Shown: in pieces, positions 10,205 to 22,622 of the stretch
Position numbering within the stretch: the stretch's first letter is position 1
Layout: each line of letters opens with the position of its first letter
Assembly: GCA_015069165.1 (NCBI GenBank)
Contig: SVJD01000006.1
Location: forward strand, 2,276 to 66,275
Direction of reading: 5' to 3'
From: Oscillospiraceae bacterium
GTDB lineage: Bacteria > Bacillota > Clostridia > UBA1212 > UBA1255
Length of the DNA: 64,000 bases
The notes under the pieces: model-generated
What the model was told of the DNA's origin: nothing
Seen by the model: the letters and a program-made list of their open reading frames with translations, nothing else
Databases searched by the model: none
Made by a program: the position numbers and the translations under genes

Positions 10205-11320
10205 ATGAAATTGACTTGTAACAGAGATAATTTGGTAAGCGGTATTAATATTGTTCAAAAAGCAGTACCCACAAAAACAACTGCTGATATTTTGCAAGGA
10301 ATATTGATAGAAGTCGGCGAAGAACTTCGTTTTACCGGAAATGATAACGAATTCGGTATTGTTTATGAAATTCCTGCTATTATTGAAGAAATAGGAAGCG
10401 TTGTTGTTAATTCGAAGACTTTTGGCGATATTGTAAGAAAACTCCCGGATATATATGTTACACTTGAAACGATCAATGATGGTTCAATGCTTTCTATAAC
10501 AAGCGGACATGCAAATTATAAAATCAAAGTTTATCCTACGGAAAGTTATCCGCCGGTTGCATTTCTTGATACATCTGTTTCTTTTGATATTAAAGAAAGT
10601 GTTCTTGTTGAACTTATAAAACAAACTTCTTTTGCGGCAGCTATGCAAGATGAAAAAAGAGTTATATTAAAAGGAGTATATATTGAGCAAAAGGAAAATC
10701 AGCTTAGTTTTGTAGCAATAGACGGATTCCGTTTGGCTAAAAAAACTATAGAAATTGATGATTCAAGAGAGTTTTCAATAATAGTACCAACAAAAATTCT
10801 TAATGAGCTTTCAAAATCATTAAGCGGTGAGGACGAAATAATTCACTTCTGCTGCAATGAAAATCAGATTATGTTTTTCTGTGATACATTCAGAATGGTT
10901 TCTAAGCTCTATAAAGGCGATTATATTGATTATAGGAAAATGTTCCCAAGAGAATATAAAACGACCTGTATAATAAATAATAAGGCGTTTTTAAGCGCAT
11001 TTGAAAGATCATCTCTCGTTATACAAGATGAAAAGAAATATCCGCTTGCTGTTAAATTTGATAATAATGATGAAGTTGTTATGTATGTTAACGCAGAAAA
11101 CGGTATTTTAAGAGAAGTTATTTCTGCTGAAGTTACAGGGGAAAATATTGAAATAGGAATGTGTATTAAAAATATTTTGGAATGTCTTAAAGCTACAGGC
11201 GAAGAAAATATTATAATTTCTCTTACACATGCTTTGGGACCTTGTGTTATAACAGGTGTTGAAGATAAAAGTTTCCAATATCTTGTTATGCCGGTTAAAA
11301 TTACTTCTAAAACAGTTTAA
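10205..11320 (+). CDS. dnaN: DNA polymerase III beta clamp
   Basis: VAIDGFRLA, YLVMPV, follows dnaA. Start moved to ATG 10205 (RBS ggagg 10191). Confidence 0.95.
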   Translation: MKLTCNRDNLVSGINIVQKAVPTKTTADILQGILIEVGEELRFTGNDNEFGIVYEIPAIIEEIGSVVVNSKTFGDIVRKLPDIYVTLETINDGSMLSITSGHANYKIKVYPTESYPPVAFLDTSVSFDIKESVLVELIKQTSFAAAMQDEKRVILKGVYIEQKENQLSFVAIDGFRLAKKTIEIDDSREFSIIVPTKILNELSKSLSGEDEIIHFCCNENQIMFFCDTFRMVSKLYKGDYIDYRKMFPREYKTTCIINNKAFLSAFERSSLVIQDEKKYPLAVKFDNNDEVVMYVNAENGILREVISAEVTGENIEIGMCIKNILECLKATGEENIIISLTHALGPCVITGVEDKSFQYLVMPVKITSKTV

Positions 11321-11332
11321 TTAAAAATCAAT

Positions 11333-12472
11333 ATGTTTATTAGTCATATTTTATTGGAAAATTACAGAAATTATACATCATTGGATATTAAATTATCCAA
11401 TGATGTTAATGTTTTTTACGGAAATAACGGACAAGGTAAAACAAATTTACTTGAGTCCATTTTTTTCACTGTAATAGGTAAGTCTTTTAGAGGAACTAAA
11501 GATATTGATATAATAAATTATGGCAAAGATCATTTTAATATAGAAATTGATATTTCTGATGATATAACGGAAAATATAGCAATAAAATATAATAAAAATA
11601 AAGAAAAGTATATAAAAGTTAATGGTTTATATTTAAGAAAAACAGGGCACTTGATGGGAAATGTTATAGCAGTTATATTTTCACCGGAAGATATGCAATT
11701 AATTTCAGAAGGTCCTTCTGTAAGAAGAAAGTTTTTAGATATAGCAATAAGTCAAGTAAAACCTACTTATTATTTTGATTTACTCCAATATAATAAAATT
11801 TTATTTCAAAAAAACACATTGTTAAAAAATATAAAATATGGAAAGTGTAAAGAAGACAATGCTTTTTTAACTGTATGGAATGAGCAACTTTCGGATATAG
11901 GTGCAAAAATAATATATGAGAGAAATAAAATTATAAATGATTTATCTGTGATTGCTTCAGAAAAACATTTAAAAATAGCAGAAAAAAGTGCCGAAAAAGA
12001 TGAATTATTTAAAATTTTTTACAGTACGGATATTTCCCGGGAAATACTTGCTGAAAATAATGTTGAAAAATATAAAGAAGAATTATTTATTTTGTTAGAA
12101 AGTAAAGCTAAGAAAGAGATTGAAAGAGAAATGACTCTTTCCGGACCTCACAGAGATGATATTGATTTTAAGCTTGATGATAAAGATATGAAGAAATTTA
12201 GTTCTCAAGGACAAAAGAGAACTGCAATATTATCTTTAAAATTAGCAGAACTTGAATTATTAAAAAAAGTTACAGGCAGAAAACCTATATTTTTATTAGA
12301 TGATGTATTTTCTGAACTTGACGATAAAAGGCAAGAAGCTTTTTTAAGAGAAATAAACGGTGTTCAGACTTTTATTTCTTGTGTAAATATCGATTCCTTA
12401 AAGTGTGACGGAAAAAAATTAATACCGTTTGAAATTAAAAACGGCGGTGTTGTCGAAAAAACCTTTTTGTGA
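11333..12472 (+). CDS. recF: DNA replication/repair protein RecF
   Basis: GNNGQGKTNLLE, GPHRDD, SQGQKR, LLDDVFSELD. Confidence 0.96.
   Translation: MFISHILLENYRNYTSLDIKLSNDVNVFYGNNGQGKTNLLESIFFTVIGKSFRGTKDIDIINYGKDHFNIEIDISDDITENIAIKYNKNKEKYIKVNGLYLRKTGHLMGNVIAVIFSPEDMQLISEGPSVRRKFLDIAISQVKPTYYFDLLQYNKILFQKNTLLKNIKYGKCKEDNAFLTVWNEQLSDIGAKIIYERNKIINDLSVIASEKHLKIAEKSAEKDELFKIFYSTDISREILAENNVEKYKEELFILLESKAKKEIEREMTLSGPHRDDIDFKLDDKDMKKFSSQGQKRTAILSLKLAELELLKKVTGRKPIFLLDDVFSELDDKRQEAFLREINGVQTFISCVNIDSLKCDGKKLIPFEIKNGGVVEKTFL
12031..12046. promoter_or_regulatory. Noc-binding site (NBS) consensus inside recF
   Basis: Exact palindrome TATTTCCCGGGAAATA. Confidence 0.7.
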
Positions 12473-12478
12473 TACAAT
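12450..12478 (+). promoter_or_regulatory. Candidate promoter for remB-gyrB, overlapped by a Spo0A box
   Basis: TTGTCG-N17-TACAAT with TG extension; TGTCGAA at 12451-57. Confidence 0.5.
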
Positions 12479-12514
12479 AATACAGATTATAGATGAATTT
12501 TTTAGGAGTTAATC

Positions 12515-12778
12515 ATGTATTTGCATATTGGCGATAATGTTTCAATAAAAAGTAGTCAAATTATAGGTTTTTTTGATATTGATAAGACTACTACAACAAA
12601 AGAAACGAGAAACTTTTTGAGTAATTCAGAGCAAAAGGGAGCCAGTGTGACAATTTCTGAGGATATGCCTAAGTCATTTATAGTAACAGCGGATAAAAAA
12701 GGGGAAGAAAATTCAAAAGTTTATATTTCTCCTATATCTGTTTCAACATTAAAAAAGAGATCTAAAAAAGGATTTTAA
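12515..12778 (+). CDS. remB: DUF370/RemB-family protein
   Basis: MYLHIG..IIGFFD..PKSFIV..VYISPISVSTLKKR; between recF and gyrB. Confidence 0.85.
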   Translation: MYLHIGDNVSIKSSQIIGFFDIDKTTTTKETRNFLSNSEQKGASVTISEDMPKSFIVTADKKGEENSKVYISPISVSTLKKRSKKGF

Positions 12779-12782
12779 TTAG

Positions 12783-14720
<1,938 letters not shown>

Positions 14721-14731
14721 TAAACATACAT

Positions 14732-14747
14732 TGTTTCACGTGAAACA
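14732..14747. promoter_or_regulatory. parS centromere site
   Basis: Perfect TGTTTCACGTGAAACA immediately upstream of parA. Confidence 0.93.
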
Positions 14748-14773
14748 TTTTATGAAAGGGAGTATCTTGTTTT

Positions 14774-15535
14774 ATGGCTAAAGTTATTGCTGTAGCAAAC
14801 CAAAAAGGTGGTGTAGGAAAAACTACAACATCAATAAATTTAAGTTCTTGTGTTGCGTATAGGGGAAAACGCGTTCTTTTAATAGATTTAGATCCACAAG
14901 GAAACGCTACAACCGGTTTAGGTGTGGATAAAAAGGAAATGAAATCCTCTATTTATGATGTGATTATAAATGAAGCACCTATACAGGAAGTAAAATTAGA
15001 AACTATGCAAGAAACATTGTTTTTATGTCCTTCGAGTATAAGCCTTGCAGGAGCGGAAATAGAGTTAGTTAGTCTTCTTTCCAGAGAAAACAGATTGAAA
15101 TATGCTATTTCAGAAGTACAAGATGAATATGATTATATATTTATCGATTGTCCACCTTCATTAGGATTATTAACTTTGAATGCTTTAACTGCTGCTGATA
15201 CTGTTTTGGTGCCTATACAGTGTGAATATTTTGCTTTAGAAGGTTTATCTCAATTGATGGATACTGTCAGACTTGTGCAAAAGCATTTAAATAAGTCATT
15301 AAAAGTAGAAGGCGTTGTACTCACAATGTTTGATGCTCGTACCAATTTATCAATCGAAGTAGCCGAAGAAGTCAGAAAGCATTTTACAAACAAAGTATAT
15401 CAAACACTTATCCCGAGAAATGTGCGATTAAGTGAAGCACCGAGCTATGGACTTCCCATTATAATGTATGATAAAAGCTCAAAGGGAGCGGAAGCATATT
15501 TACAGCTTGCGGATGAATTAATTAATATACGTTAA
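14774..15535 (+). CDS. parA: ParA/Soj ATPase
   Basis: NQKGGVGKTT, DLDPQGNAT, IDCPPSLG, PRNVRLSEAPSYG. Confidence 0.96.
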   Translation: MAKVIAVANQKGGVGKTTTSINLSSCVAYRGKRVLLIDLDPQGNATTGLGVDKKEMKSSIYDVIINEAPIQEVKLETMQETLFLCPSSISLAGAEIELVSLLSRENRLKYAISEVQDEYDYIFIDCPPSLGLLTLNALTAADTVLVPIQCEYFALEGLSQLMDTVRLVQKHLNKSLKVEGVVLTMFDARTNLSIEVAEEVRKHFTNKVYQTLIPRNVRLSEAPSYGLPIIMYDKSSKGAEAYLQLADELINIR

Positions 15536-15564
15536 TTGTTATTTTTAGTGGAGGTTTTGGGAAA

Positions 15565-16434
15565 ATGGCTGTAAAAAGATCAGCACTTGGAAAAGGATTA
15601 GGTGCTTTAATTAAAGAAAATACAACTGTAGAAGCAAAAAACAGCGTTATAGAGGTTGATATAAATAAAATTGAACCGGGAGTAGGTCAGCCGCGTAAAA
15701 ATTTCGACAAAGAAAAAATAGAAGCTTTGGCAGAATCAATTAAAGAACATGGTATTATTCAACCTTTAATTGTAACAAAAGAAAATGATACTTATTATAT
15801 TATTGCAGGCGAAAGAAGATGGAGAGCAGCGAGAGTTGCAGGAATTAAGAAAATTCCTGTTATAGAGAGAACTGCTACTACAAAAGAAGTAATGGAGCTT
15901 GCTTTGATTGAAAATATTCAAAGGGAAGATTTAAATCCTGTTGAAGAAGCCGAAGCATATCAAAAACTTATGGAAGAATTTTCAATGACACAAGATCAAG
16001 TTGCTTCGATAGTCGGAAAAAGCCGACCTGCTGTAGCTAATACTTTAAGACTTTTAAATCTTTCAAAAGATGTAAGAGGTTTTTTGATAAGCGGAGAGCT
16101 TACTGTTGGTCAAGCAAGACCGTTGTTATCTATTGTAAAGGCAAAAGATCAGAAAGTGGCTGCAGAATATATAGTAAAAGCCGGATTAAATGCAAGACAG
16201 GTTGAACAGTATGTAAAAAGAATTAGTTCTAAGACAGAAGAAGTAAAAAATAACGATGATTCCGAAAAAGATATTATCAATAAACAAGAAATAAAATTTG
16301 TGCAGGATAAATTAAGAGCTTCTTTAGGCACGAAAGTTTTGTTAAGCGATAATAAAGGTAAAGGAAAAATAACAATAGAGTATTATTCCGAGGATGAAAG
16401 GGAACGTCTTATTGAATTATTAACAAGCAAATAA
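15565..16434 (+). CDS. parB: ParB/Spo0J
   Basis: LGKGLGAL N-terminal peptide, IAGERRWRA, GKSRPAVANTLRLL (ParB-type R/T/G residues). Confidence 0.96.
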   Translation: MAVKRSALGKGLGALIKENTTVEAKNSVIEVDINKIEPGVGQPRKNFDKEKIEALAESIKEHGIIQPLIVTKENDTYYIIAGERRWRAARVAGIKKIPVIERTATTKEVMELALIENIQREDLNPVEEAEAYQKLMEEFSMTQDQVASIVGKSRPAVANTLRLLNLSKDVRGFLISGELTVGQARPLLSIVKAKDQKVAAEYIVKAGLNARQVEQYVKRISSKTEEVKNNDDSEKDIINKQEIKFVQDKLRASLGTKVLLSDNKGKGKITIEYYSEDERERLIELLTSK

Positions 16435-16436
16435 GG

Positions 16437-16940
16437 GTGTTATTTATGGAAAAGTATTTTTTATATGTATTTATTTTATTTGGAATATTGCTTATTATTT
16501 GTTTTATTATAATTTACAAATTATATAAGAAAGTAAATAAATTACAGAAGAAACAACTTTTGCTTAATGATAAACTTAAAGGTCAAAGTGCTGAGGATTT
16601 ACTTTATGATGTTTTAAGAGATGGAATTGAAATAAAAACAGATCTCAAAGCAGTTCATAGAGAGATTTCTTCATTGCAAGATAAACAAAGTAAGTGTTTC
16701 GATAAAGTTAAGATAATTAGATATCATACAGCAGCGGAAAGTGAAGCAAAATTAAGTTATTCTGTAGGTCTTTCAAATGATAACGGAGATGCTCTTGTAA
16801 TTACAGGTCTTCAATACAGACAGGGTTGCAATATGTATTATAAGCAAGTAAAGGAAGGAATTCCTGATTTTGAGTTATCGCAAGAGGAAAAATGCTCAAT
16901 TGACCGCACAAATGCGACGGATGTAATCAGAAAAAAGTAA
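16437..16940 (+). CDS. DUF4446-like membrane-anchored protein
   Basis: N-terminal TM helix, coiled coil, LSYSVGL..ELSQEE; typical position after parB. Confidence 0.6.
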   Translation: MLFMEKYFLYVFILFGILLIICFIIIYKLYKKVNKLQKKQLLLNDKLKGQSAEDLLYDVLRDGIEIKTDLKAVHREISSLQDKQSKCFDKVKIIRYHTAAESEAKLSYSVGLSNDNGDALVITGLQYRQGCNMYYKQVKEGIPDFELSQEEKCSIDRTNATDVIRKK

Positions 16941-16946
16941 AAAATT

Positions 16947-17567
16947 ATGTTTAAATTTTTAAATAAGAAAAATAATAAATCAAATCAAGAAGTTTGGATT
17001 ATCGCGGGATTGGGAAATCCGGGACCTGAATATGAGGATACTCGTCATAACTGCGGTTTTAAAACTATTGATAAATTAATCAAAAAAATAGGCGAAAATC
17101 AAAAAGAAAATGTGAAATTTAAGAGTAAATATATTATTTGTCAGCATAAAGACAAAAAAATTGTTCTTTTAAAGCCGCAAACGTATATGAATAACAGTGG
17201 AGAAGCTGTTGAAAGTGTTATGAATTGGTTTAAAAGTGACGAGGCACATTTAATTGTAGTGTATGATGATTACGCAATAGATGTTGAACAAATCAGAGTA
17301 AAGGCAAAAGGCAGTGCCGGCAGTCATAACGGAATGAAATCAATTATACAATATGTGGGCTCTGAAAATTTCACAAGAATTAAAGTTGGAATCGGACCTA
17401 AAAATCCTAATATGGATACCGTAAAGTTTGTTTTAGGACATTTTTCTGCGGAAGAAAAAGAAAAATTGGATAAATCTTTTGAAAAAGCTGCAGAAGCGGC
17501 TTTGTTTATTGTTGAAAAAGGTGTTGAAGAAGCAATGAATAAATTCAACAGTAAAGGAAAAAAGTAA
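16947..17567 (+). CDS. pth: Peptidyl-tRNA hydrolase
   Basis: AGLGNPG..TRHNCGF, KPQTYMNNSG, GSHNGMKSI. Confidence 0.95.
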   Translation: MFKFLNKKNNKSNQEVWIIAGLGNPGPEYEDTRHNCGFKTIDKLIKKIGENQKENVKFKSKYIICQHKDKKIVLLKPQTYMNNSGEAVESVMNWFKSDEAHLIVVYDDYAIDVEQIRVKAKGSAGSHNGMKSIIQYVGSENFTRIKVGIGPKNPNMDTVKFVLGHFSAEEKEKLDKSFEKAAEAALFIVEKGVEEAMNKFNSKGKK

Positions 17568-17602
17568 AAAAAGTAATTATAAATAAATATAAATACTGAT
17601 TT

Positions 17603-20600
17603 TTGGCGATTATGGACAATTTTGATTTTATAAAAAAAAGTAAAAGTTATAAAAAATTTTATGATAATTTTTCCTGTGAGAATAAAAAAATAAGTCTCAC
17701 AGGAATTACTTCGTCATACGCTGCTAACATTATATGTGCTGTTACTGATGATGAAAAAGATGGTGCATGTGAAGGAAAATGTGTATATATTGCTTCAAAT
17801 GCGCTGTATGCAGCAAAATTCGCAGATGATTTGCGATTTTTTATAAAAAATCCGGAGGATATTTTAGTATTAGCTCCGTATGAATATATGCTTTATGATG
17901 TTGAATCAAAGAGTTCCGAGTTAAGCGCTCAAAGAATAGATGTTTTGTATAGATTACTGCAGGGTAATTGGAAAATTCTTATTACCACTCCTGTAGCCGT
18001 TGCTCAGTGGTTCCCGAATCCCCAATACATTAAAAATTCAGGAATAAAGGTTAAAACTGGCGAAATAATTGAAATTGATGATTTAGCAAAAAAATTATCA
18101 TCAATAAGATATATGCGATTATCTGAAATTGATGGAAAAGGACAATTTGCCGTAAGAGGAGATATTGTAGATATATTTCCTTATGGTGCCGAAAATCCTA
18201 TAAGAATAGAATTTTTTGATAATGAAATAGATTCTGTAAGAATTTTTGACATTTTATCACAAAGAACAATTGAAAAAACAGATGAAGTTCTGATTTTGCC
18301 TGATAATGAGACATATATTTGGAATTGGGATCACGCAGACAGGGTAAGAAGCGATATTTTACGTGATTTGGATTTTATGAACCTTAAAGAAACATCTTCT
18401 TTATACAACAGAGTAAAAAGTGATGTAGATAAAATGCTTCCGAGAAATCTTTTTCAAGGATATGACAGATATTTACCGTATATTTTAGATAATAAATATA
18501 CGCTTTTTGATTATACAGGTAAGTGCCATGTTTTTTTGGAAGATTTAAATGGTTTTAATGAGTCTATAAATTCCACAAAAGATGATTATGTAAGAATTTG
18601 TGAGACTATTCAGGATTCAATAGGTGTTTTAGCAAAGACTTATGATATTATGATGGATTCTCTGCAAACGGAAATGATGTGCGAAGAGTCTTCATATAAT
18701 ATTATATATGTAGATAAATTCCTTGCAGACAGAAAAAATTGCGAAATTATTGAGTTCCCGTGCAGAAGTACAGACCCGTTTGGCGGCAATTTGCAAATGC
18801 TTTTAGATTCTATACAGGAAATGGTAGAAAATAAGTACGAAACAGTACTTGTTACAGATAGCGAAGGTAAGAAAAATAGATTTTTATCAATGCAAGAGGA
18901 TAATGCGATACCAAAAACAGTTAAAATAATGGTGTCAAAACATGGATTATCCTCAGGTTTTATATGTGATGATGTTAAATTTGCCGTTTTTTCCGATGAT
19001 TCTCTTTTTAAAAGAGAACGTGTAGCAGCGAGAAAAAAATTAAAAGGAAAGCCTATATCAAATTTCGCCGAAATAGAAGCAGGCGACTTGGTTGTACACG
19101 AAGTACACGGTGTAGGCCGCTTTGAAAAGATTGAAACGGTAGAAATTGACGGAATCAGACGTGACTATATAAAAATTAACTATAGAGATGACGGAGTTTT
19201 ATATGTTCCGACACCTCAGCTTGACAGTATACAAAAATATATAGGTCCGGATGGTATAAATCCAAAGCTCAATAAGTTAGGTTCAGCTGAATGGAATCGT
19301 ACTACTGCAAAAGTTAAAGAATCTTTGCGTACTTATGCAAAAGAGCTCGTTGAATTGTATGCAAGACGTTCCAAGATAAAAGGGCACGCATATTCTCGTG
19401 ACACAGTATGGCAAAATGAGTTTGAAGAATATTTTCCCTATGACGAAACTGATGACCAATTAAGATGTACAGAAGAAATTAAAGAAGATTTGGAAAAAAA
19501 TCATCCTATGGAGCGTTTGTTATGTGGCGATGTAGGATACGGAAAGACAGAGGTAGCTTTAAGAGCTGCTTTCAAAGTAGTTTGTGAAGGAAAACAAGTA
19601 GCTTTTTTAGTACCGACTACAGTTTTAGCACAGCAACATTACAAGAATTTTGTGGAAAGATTCAGTAAATTTCCTGTAAAAATAGATTATTTGTGCAGAT
19701 TTCGCACAACTGCGGAGAAAAAGAAGATTTTAAAAGATCTTGAAGAAGGAAAAACAGATATCCTTGTAGGAACGCACAGTATTATAAAAGGTAACGTCAA
19801 ATTTAAAGATTTAGGACTTGTGGTAATAGACGAAGAACAAAGATTCGGCGTTATGCATAAGGAAAAATTGAAAAAAGACAGACCGGACGTGGATATTCTT
19901 ACGCTTTCCGCGACACCTATACCGAGAACACTTCATATGTCACTTTCCGGCATTAGAGATATAAGTTTATTGGAAGAACCGCCGCAAAACAGACATCCGG
20001 TGCAGACTTATGTGGCAGAATGGGAGCCGGCAATGATAAAAAATGCCGTTTACAGAGAAATGGGCAGAAAAGGACAAGTTTTCTACCTATATAATAAAGT
20101 GAAATCTATAGATGAGAAAAAAAGACAGCTTCAAGAGCTTATTCCCGAGGCCAGAATAACCGTAGGACACGGTCAAATGGGAGAAAGGGAACTTGAAGCA
20201 GTTATGGAATCGTTTTACAGAGGGGAATATGACATTTTGCTTTGTACAACCATAATAGAATCCGGTCTTGATATGCCAAACGTAAACACAATTATAGTTG
20301 AAGAAAGCGATCACATGGGTTTGGCACAACTATACCAAATACGAGGCCGCGTCGGACGTTCCGGCAAGACTGCATATGCATACATTACGTATAAAAAAGA
20401 TAAAACGCTCAATGAAAATGCTGAAAAAAGACTCCGTACCATACGAGATTTTACGGAATTCGGATCCGGATTTAAAATTGCATTGCGAGATTTGGAAATA
20501 AGAGGTGCAGGCAGCGTTTTGGGAGAAAGACAACACGGACAGTTGGCAATTGTCGGATATGATACGTATTGCAGACTTTTAAGTGAGGTTATCGAAGAAG

Positions 20601-21097
20601 AAACGGGTCAAATTCCGGAAGAAAAGATTCAAGTAAGTGTTTCTTTCCAAATAAATGGTTATATTGGCTCGGATTATATAGAAAACGAAGAAGCAAGACT
20701 TGATATTTATCAAAAAATATCTCGTGTAGAGACAGAAAATGATGAATACGAGATTACTGATGAGCTTATAGACAGATACGGGGATATACCGAAAAGCGTG
20801 GAAAATCTTATAAAAATATCCAGAATCAGGTATTTATGTTCAAAAGTAGGTATCAGTTCTGTAATAGAGAAGAATGGAAGCGTTGAATTTATAACGACAG
20901 CAGAAAGTAAAGCTTTTTATTCCGTAATACAAAATATAACAACCGGTACGGAGTTTATGTCAAAATACGGAAGTAAAATCAAATTTGTAGCATCTGACGA
21001 GCCGTATTTGTTGTATAAATTAAGCGGAAAAAACAAATTACAAGAAGTTCTTGTTTTTGCAGAGGATATTTTGAAATTTTACCATTGCAAAAAATGA
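17603..21097 (+). CDS. mfd: Transcription-repair coupling factor
   Basis: CarD-like RID (GDLVVHEVHGVG), GDVGYGKTEV, DEEQRFG, SATPIPRT, QIRGRVGR, TRCF domain. Confidence 0.97.
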   Translation: MAIMDNFDFIKKSKSYKKFYDNFSCENKKISLTGITSSYAANIICAVTDDEKDGACEGKCVYIASNALYAAKFADDLRFFIKNPEDILVLAPYEYMLYDVESKSSELSAQRIDVLYRLLQGNWKILITTPVAVAQWFPNPQYIKNSGIKVKTGEIIEIDDLAKKLSSIRYMRLSEIDGKGQFAVRGDIVDIFPYGAENPIRIEFFDNEIDSVRIFDILSQRTIEKTDEVLILPDNETYIWNWDHADRVRSDILRDLDFMNLKETSSLYNRVKSDVDKMLPRNLFQGYDRYLPYILDNKYTLFDYTGKCHVFLEDLNGFNESINSTKDDYVRICETIQDSIGVLAKTYDIMMDSLQTEMMCEESSYNIIYVDKFLADRKNCEIIEFPCRSTDPFGGNLQMLLDSIQEMVENKYETVLVTDSEGKKNRFLSMQEDNAIPKTVKIMVSKHGLSSGFICDDVKFAVFSDDSLFKRERVAARKKLKGKPISNFAEIEAGDLVVHEVHGVGRFEKIETVEIDGIRRDYIKINYRDDGVLYVPTPQLDSIQKYIGPDGINPKLNKLGSAEWNRTTAKVKESLRTYAKELVELYARRSKIKGHAYSRDTVWQNEFEEYFPYDETDDQLRCTEEIKEDLEKNHPMERLLCGDVGYGKTEVALRAAFKVVCEGKQVAFLVPTTVLAQQHYKNFVERFSKFPVKIDYLCRFRTTAEKKKILKDLEEGKTDILVGTHSIIKGNVKFKDLGLVVIDEEQRFGVMHKEKLKKDRPDVDILTLSATPIPRTLHMSLSGIRDISLLEEPPQNRHPVQTYVAEWEPAMIKNAVYREMGRKGQVFYLYNKVKSIDEKKRQLQELIPEARITVGHGQMGERELEAVMESFYRGEYDILLCTTIIESGLDMPNVNTIIVEESDHMGLAQLYQIRGRVGRSGKTAYAYITYKKDKTLNENAEKRLRTIRDFTEFGSGFKIALRDLEIRGAGSVLGERQHGQLAIVGYDTYCRLLSEVIEEETGQIPEEKIQVSVSFQINGYIGSDYIENEEARLDIYQKISRVETENDEYEITDELIDRYGDIPKSVENLIKISRIRYLCSKVGISSVIEKNGSVEFITTAESKAFYSVIQNITTGTEFMSKYGSKIKFVASDEPYLLYKLSGKNKLQEVLVFAEDILKFYHCKK

Positions 21098-21187
21098 AAA
21101 ACATATATATAATGTTATAAGCAGTTTTGCACAATGCGGGCAAAGCACAATTTTCTGTAATTTAATTCATATAAGGAGCGGTATAAA

Positions 21188-22561
21188 ATGGCCGATAAGA
21201 GACTTAAACCCAAAAAGAAAAACACAAAAAGTTATGACAACAAGTTAATCACATGGATTTCCGTAGGACTTGGAGCATTTGTTGCTGTTGTTATTGCTAT
21301 TGTACTTATTATTACAATGACTACAGGTTACATTGCTAAAGTGGACGGGCTTAAAATCTATGATTATGAATATACTTTCTTCTTGCAACAAGCAATGTAT
21401 GAATTACAAGATGAAAAGTTTGAAGAACCCGAAGGTTTCAGTGATATGTCAACTGAAGAACAAGATGAGTTATACAAAGCTTTCTGGACAGATGAGGTTA
21501 AAGCAGAGGCTGCTAAAAACGCTCTTGAAGATGCAAGACAGTTTAAAGCTCAATACAGATTGGCAAGAGACAAGGGTTATAAACTTACTTCAGATGAGAA
21601 GAACAATCTTAAAGCTAATATTACACAGTACTATAACCAGTATATCAGCTACGGATATTCAGCAGAATTGGTTGAGGCATACTTCCTCGGCGGTATGAGC
21701 CTTTCAGAATACAAAGATTTTGCTGTAATTCAAAGCACAATTGAAAAATATAAAACAGCACTTAAAGAGGATATAAATCCTTCTGATGATGAGCTTAAAG
21801 CTATTTACGAAGAAAATCCCGATGATTACAGAACAGTAGGAGTTCGTAAATTCAAAATTGCTATTGATGTTACAAAACCCACAGACGATCAAGCAGAAGA
21901 TTATCAGACAAAGTTGGATGCATACAACAAAGCATGTGATGAAGCTAAAAAATATGCACAGGAGATCATCGATACTTACAATTCCGGTAAAACGATGAAC
22001 ACATATAAAAAAGATTCAAACGGTGAATATGTTTTAGATGATGCAGGAAATAAGACAGTTGATAAAGAAGCACTTTCTTTTGTTGATTATGTAAAAGCTG
22101 AATCTGATGATTCATCTTCAAGTTCAACAGGCGGTTTAAGTGAAATCAATAACAATGCAAAAGATGCTGTTGAAGAAATTACAGATTACGCACTTTCAAT
22201 GATTTGGAATGCAGACCGCACACAAATTGTTAAGAAAGATGCTGAAAGCGAGCCTAAGACTGCAGACAATGAAGAGTCAACAGAAGAAAATACTGTAATG
22301 ACAGATCTTGAAATGATCGAAACAGAAACAGCTATTTATGTTGTAAGAGCAGAGTCAATTACAGACTATGAGAATTCAAAAGAGTCTGAAGAAGGTGCTG
22401 CAGACAGCATTAAAGATGTAATCAAAGCTGAAGTTCTTGAAGAGAAAGCAGTTGAAAAGCTTGAAGCTCTTGTTAATGAAAAAGGCGATGATTATAAAAT
22501 CACAAGCAAAAAAACAGACGAGATTGAAGAGCTTAATAAAGAAATTTTTTCAGGTATCTGA
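21188..22561 (+). CDS. PrsA/SurA-like membrane-anchored foldase
   Basis: TM anchor, then IAKVDGLKI SurA-N-like segment, ELKAIYEENPD; position after mfd. Confidence 0.6.
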   Translation: MADKRLKPKKKNTKSYDNKLITWISVGLGAFVAVVIAIVLIITMTTGYIAKVDGLKIYDYEYTFFLQQAMYELQDEKFEEPEGFSDMSTEEQDELYKAFWTDEVKAEAAKNALEDARQFKAQYRLARDKGYKLTSDEKNNLKANITQYYNQYISYGYSAELVEAYFLGGMSLSEYKDFAVIQSTIEKYKTALKEDINPSDDELKAIYEENPDDYRTVGVRKFKIAIDVTKPTDDQAEDYQTKLDAYNKACDEAKKYAQEIIDTYNSGKTMNTYKKDSNGEYVLDDAGNKTVDKEALSFVDYVKAESDDSSSSSTGGLSEINNNAKDAVEEITDYALSMIWNADRTQIVKKDAESEPKTADNEESTEENTVMTDLEMIETETAIYVVRAESITDYENSKESEEGAADSIKDVIKAEVLEEKAVEKLEALVNEKGDDYKITSKKTDEIEELNKEIFSGI

Positions 22562-22583
22562 TTTAAATTATGATTTGATTTAT

Positions 22584-22612
22584 AAAACGGACTCCTTTTG
22601 AGTCCGTTTTTA
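22584..22612 (+). terminator. Intrinsic terminator
   Basis: AAAACGGACTC-CTTTT-GAGTCCGTTTT. Confidence 0.8.
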
Positions 22613-22622
22613 TTTATTACCT

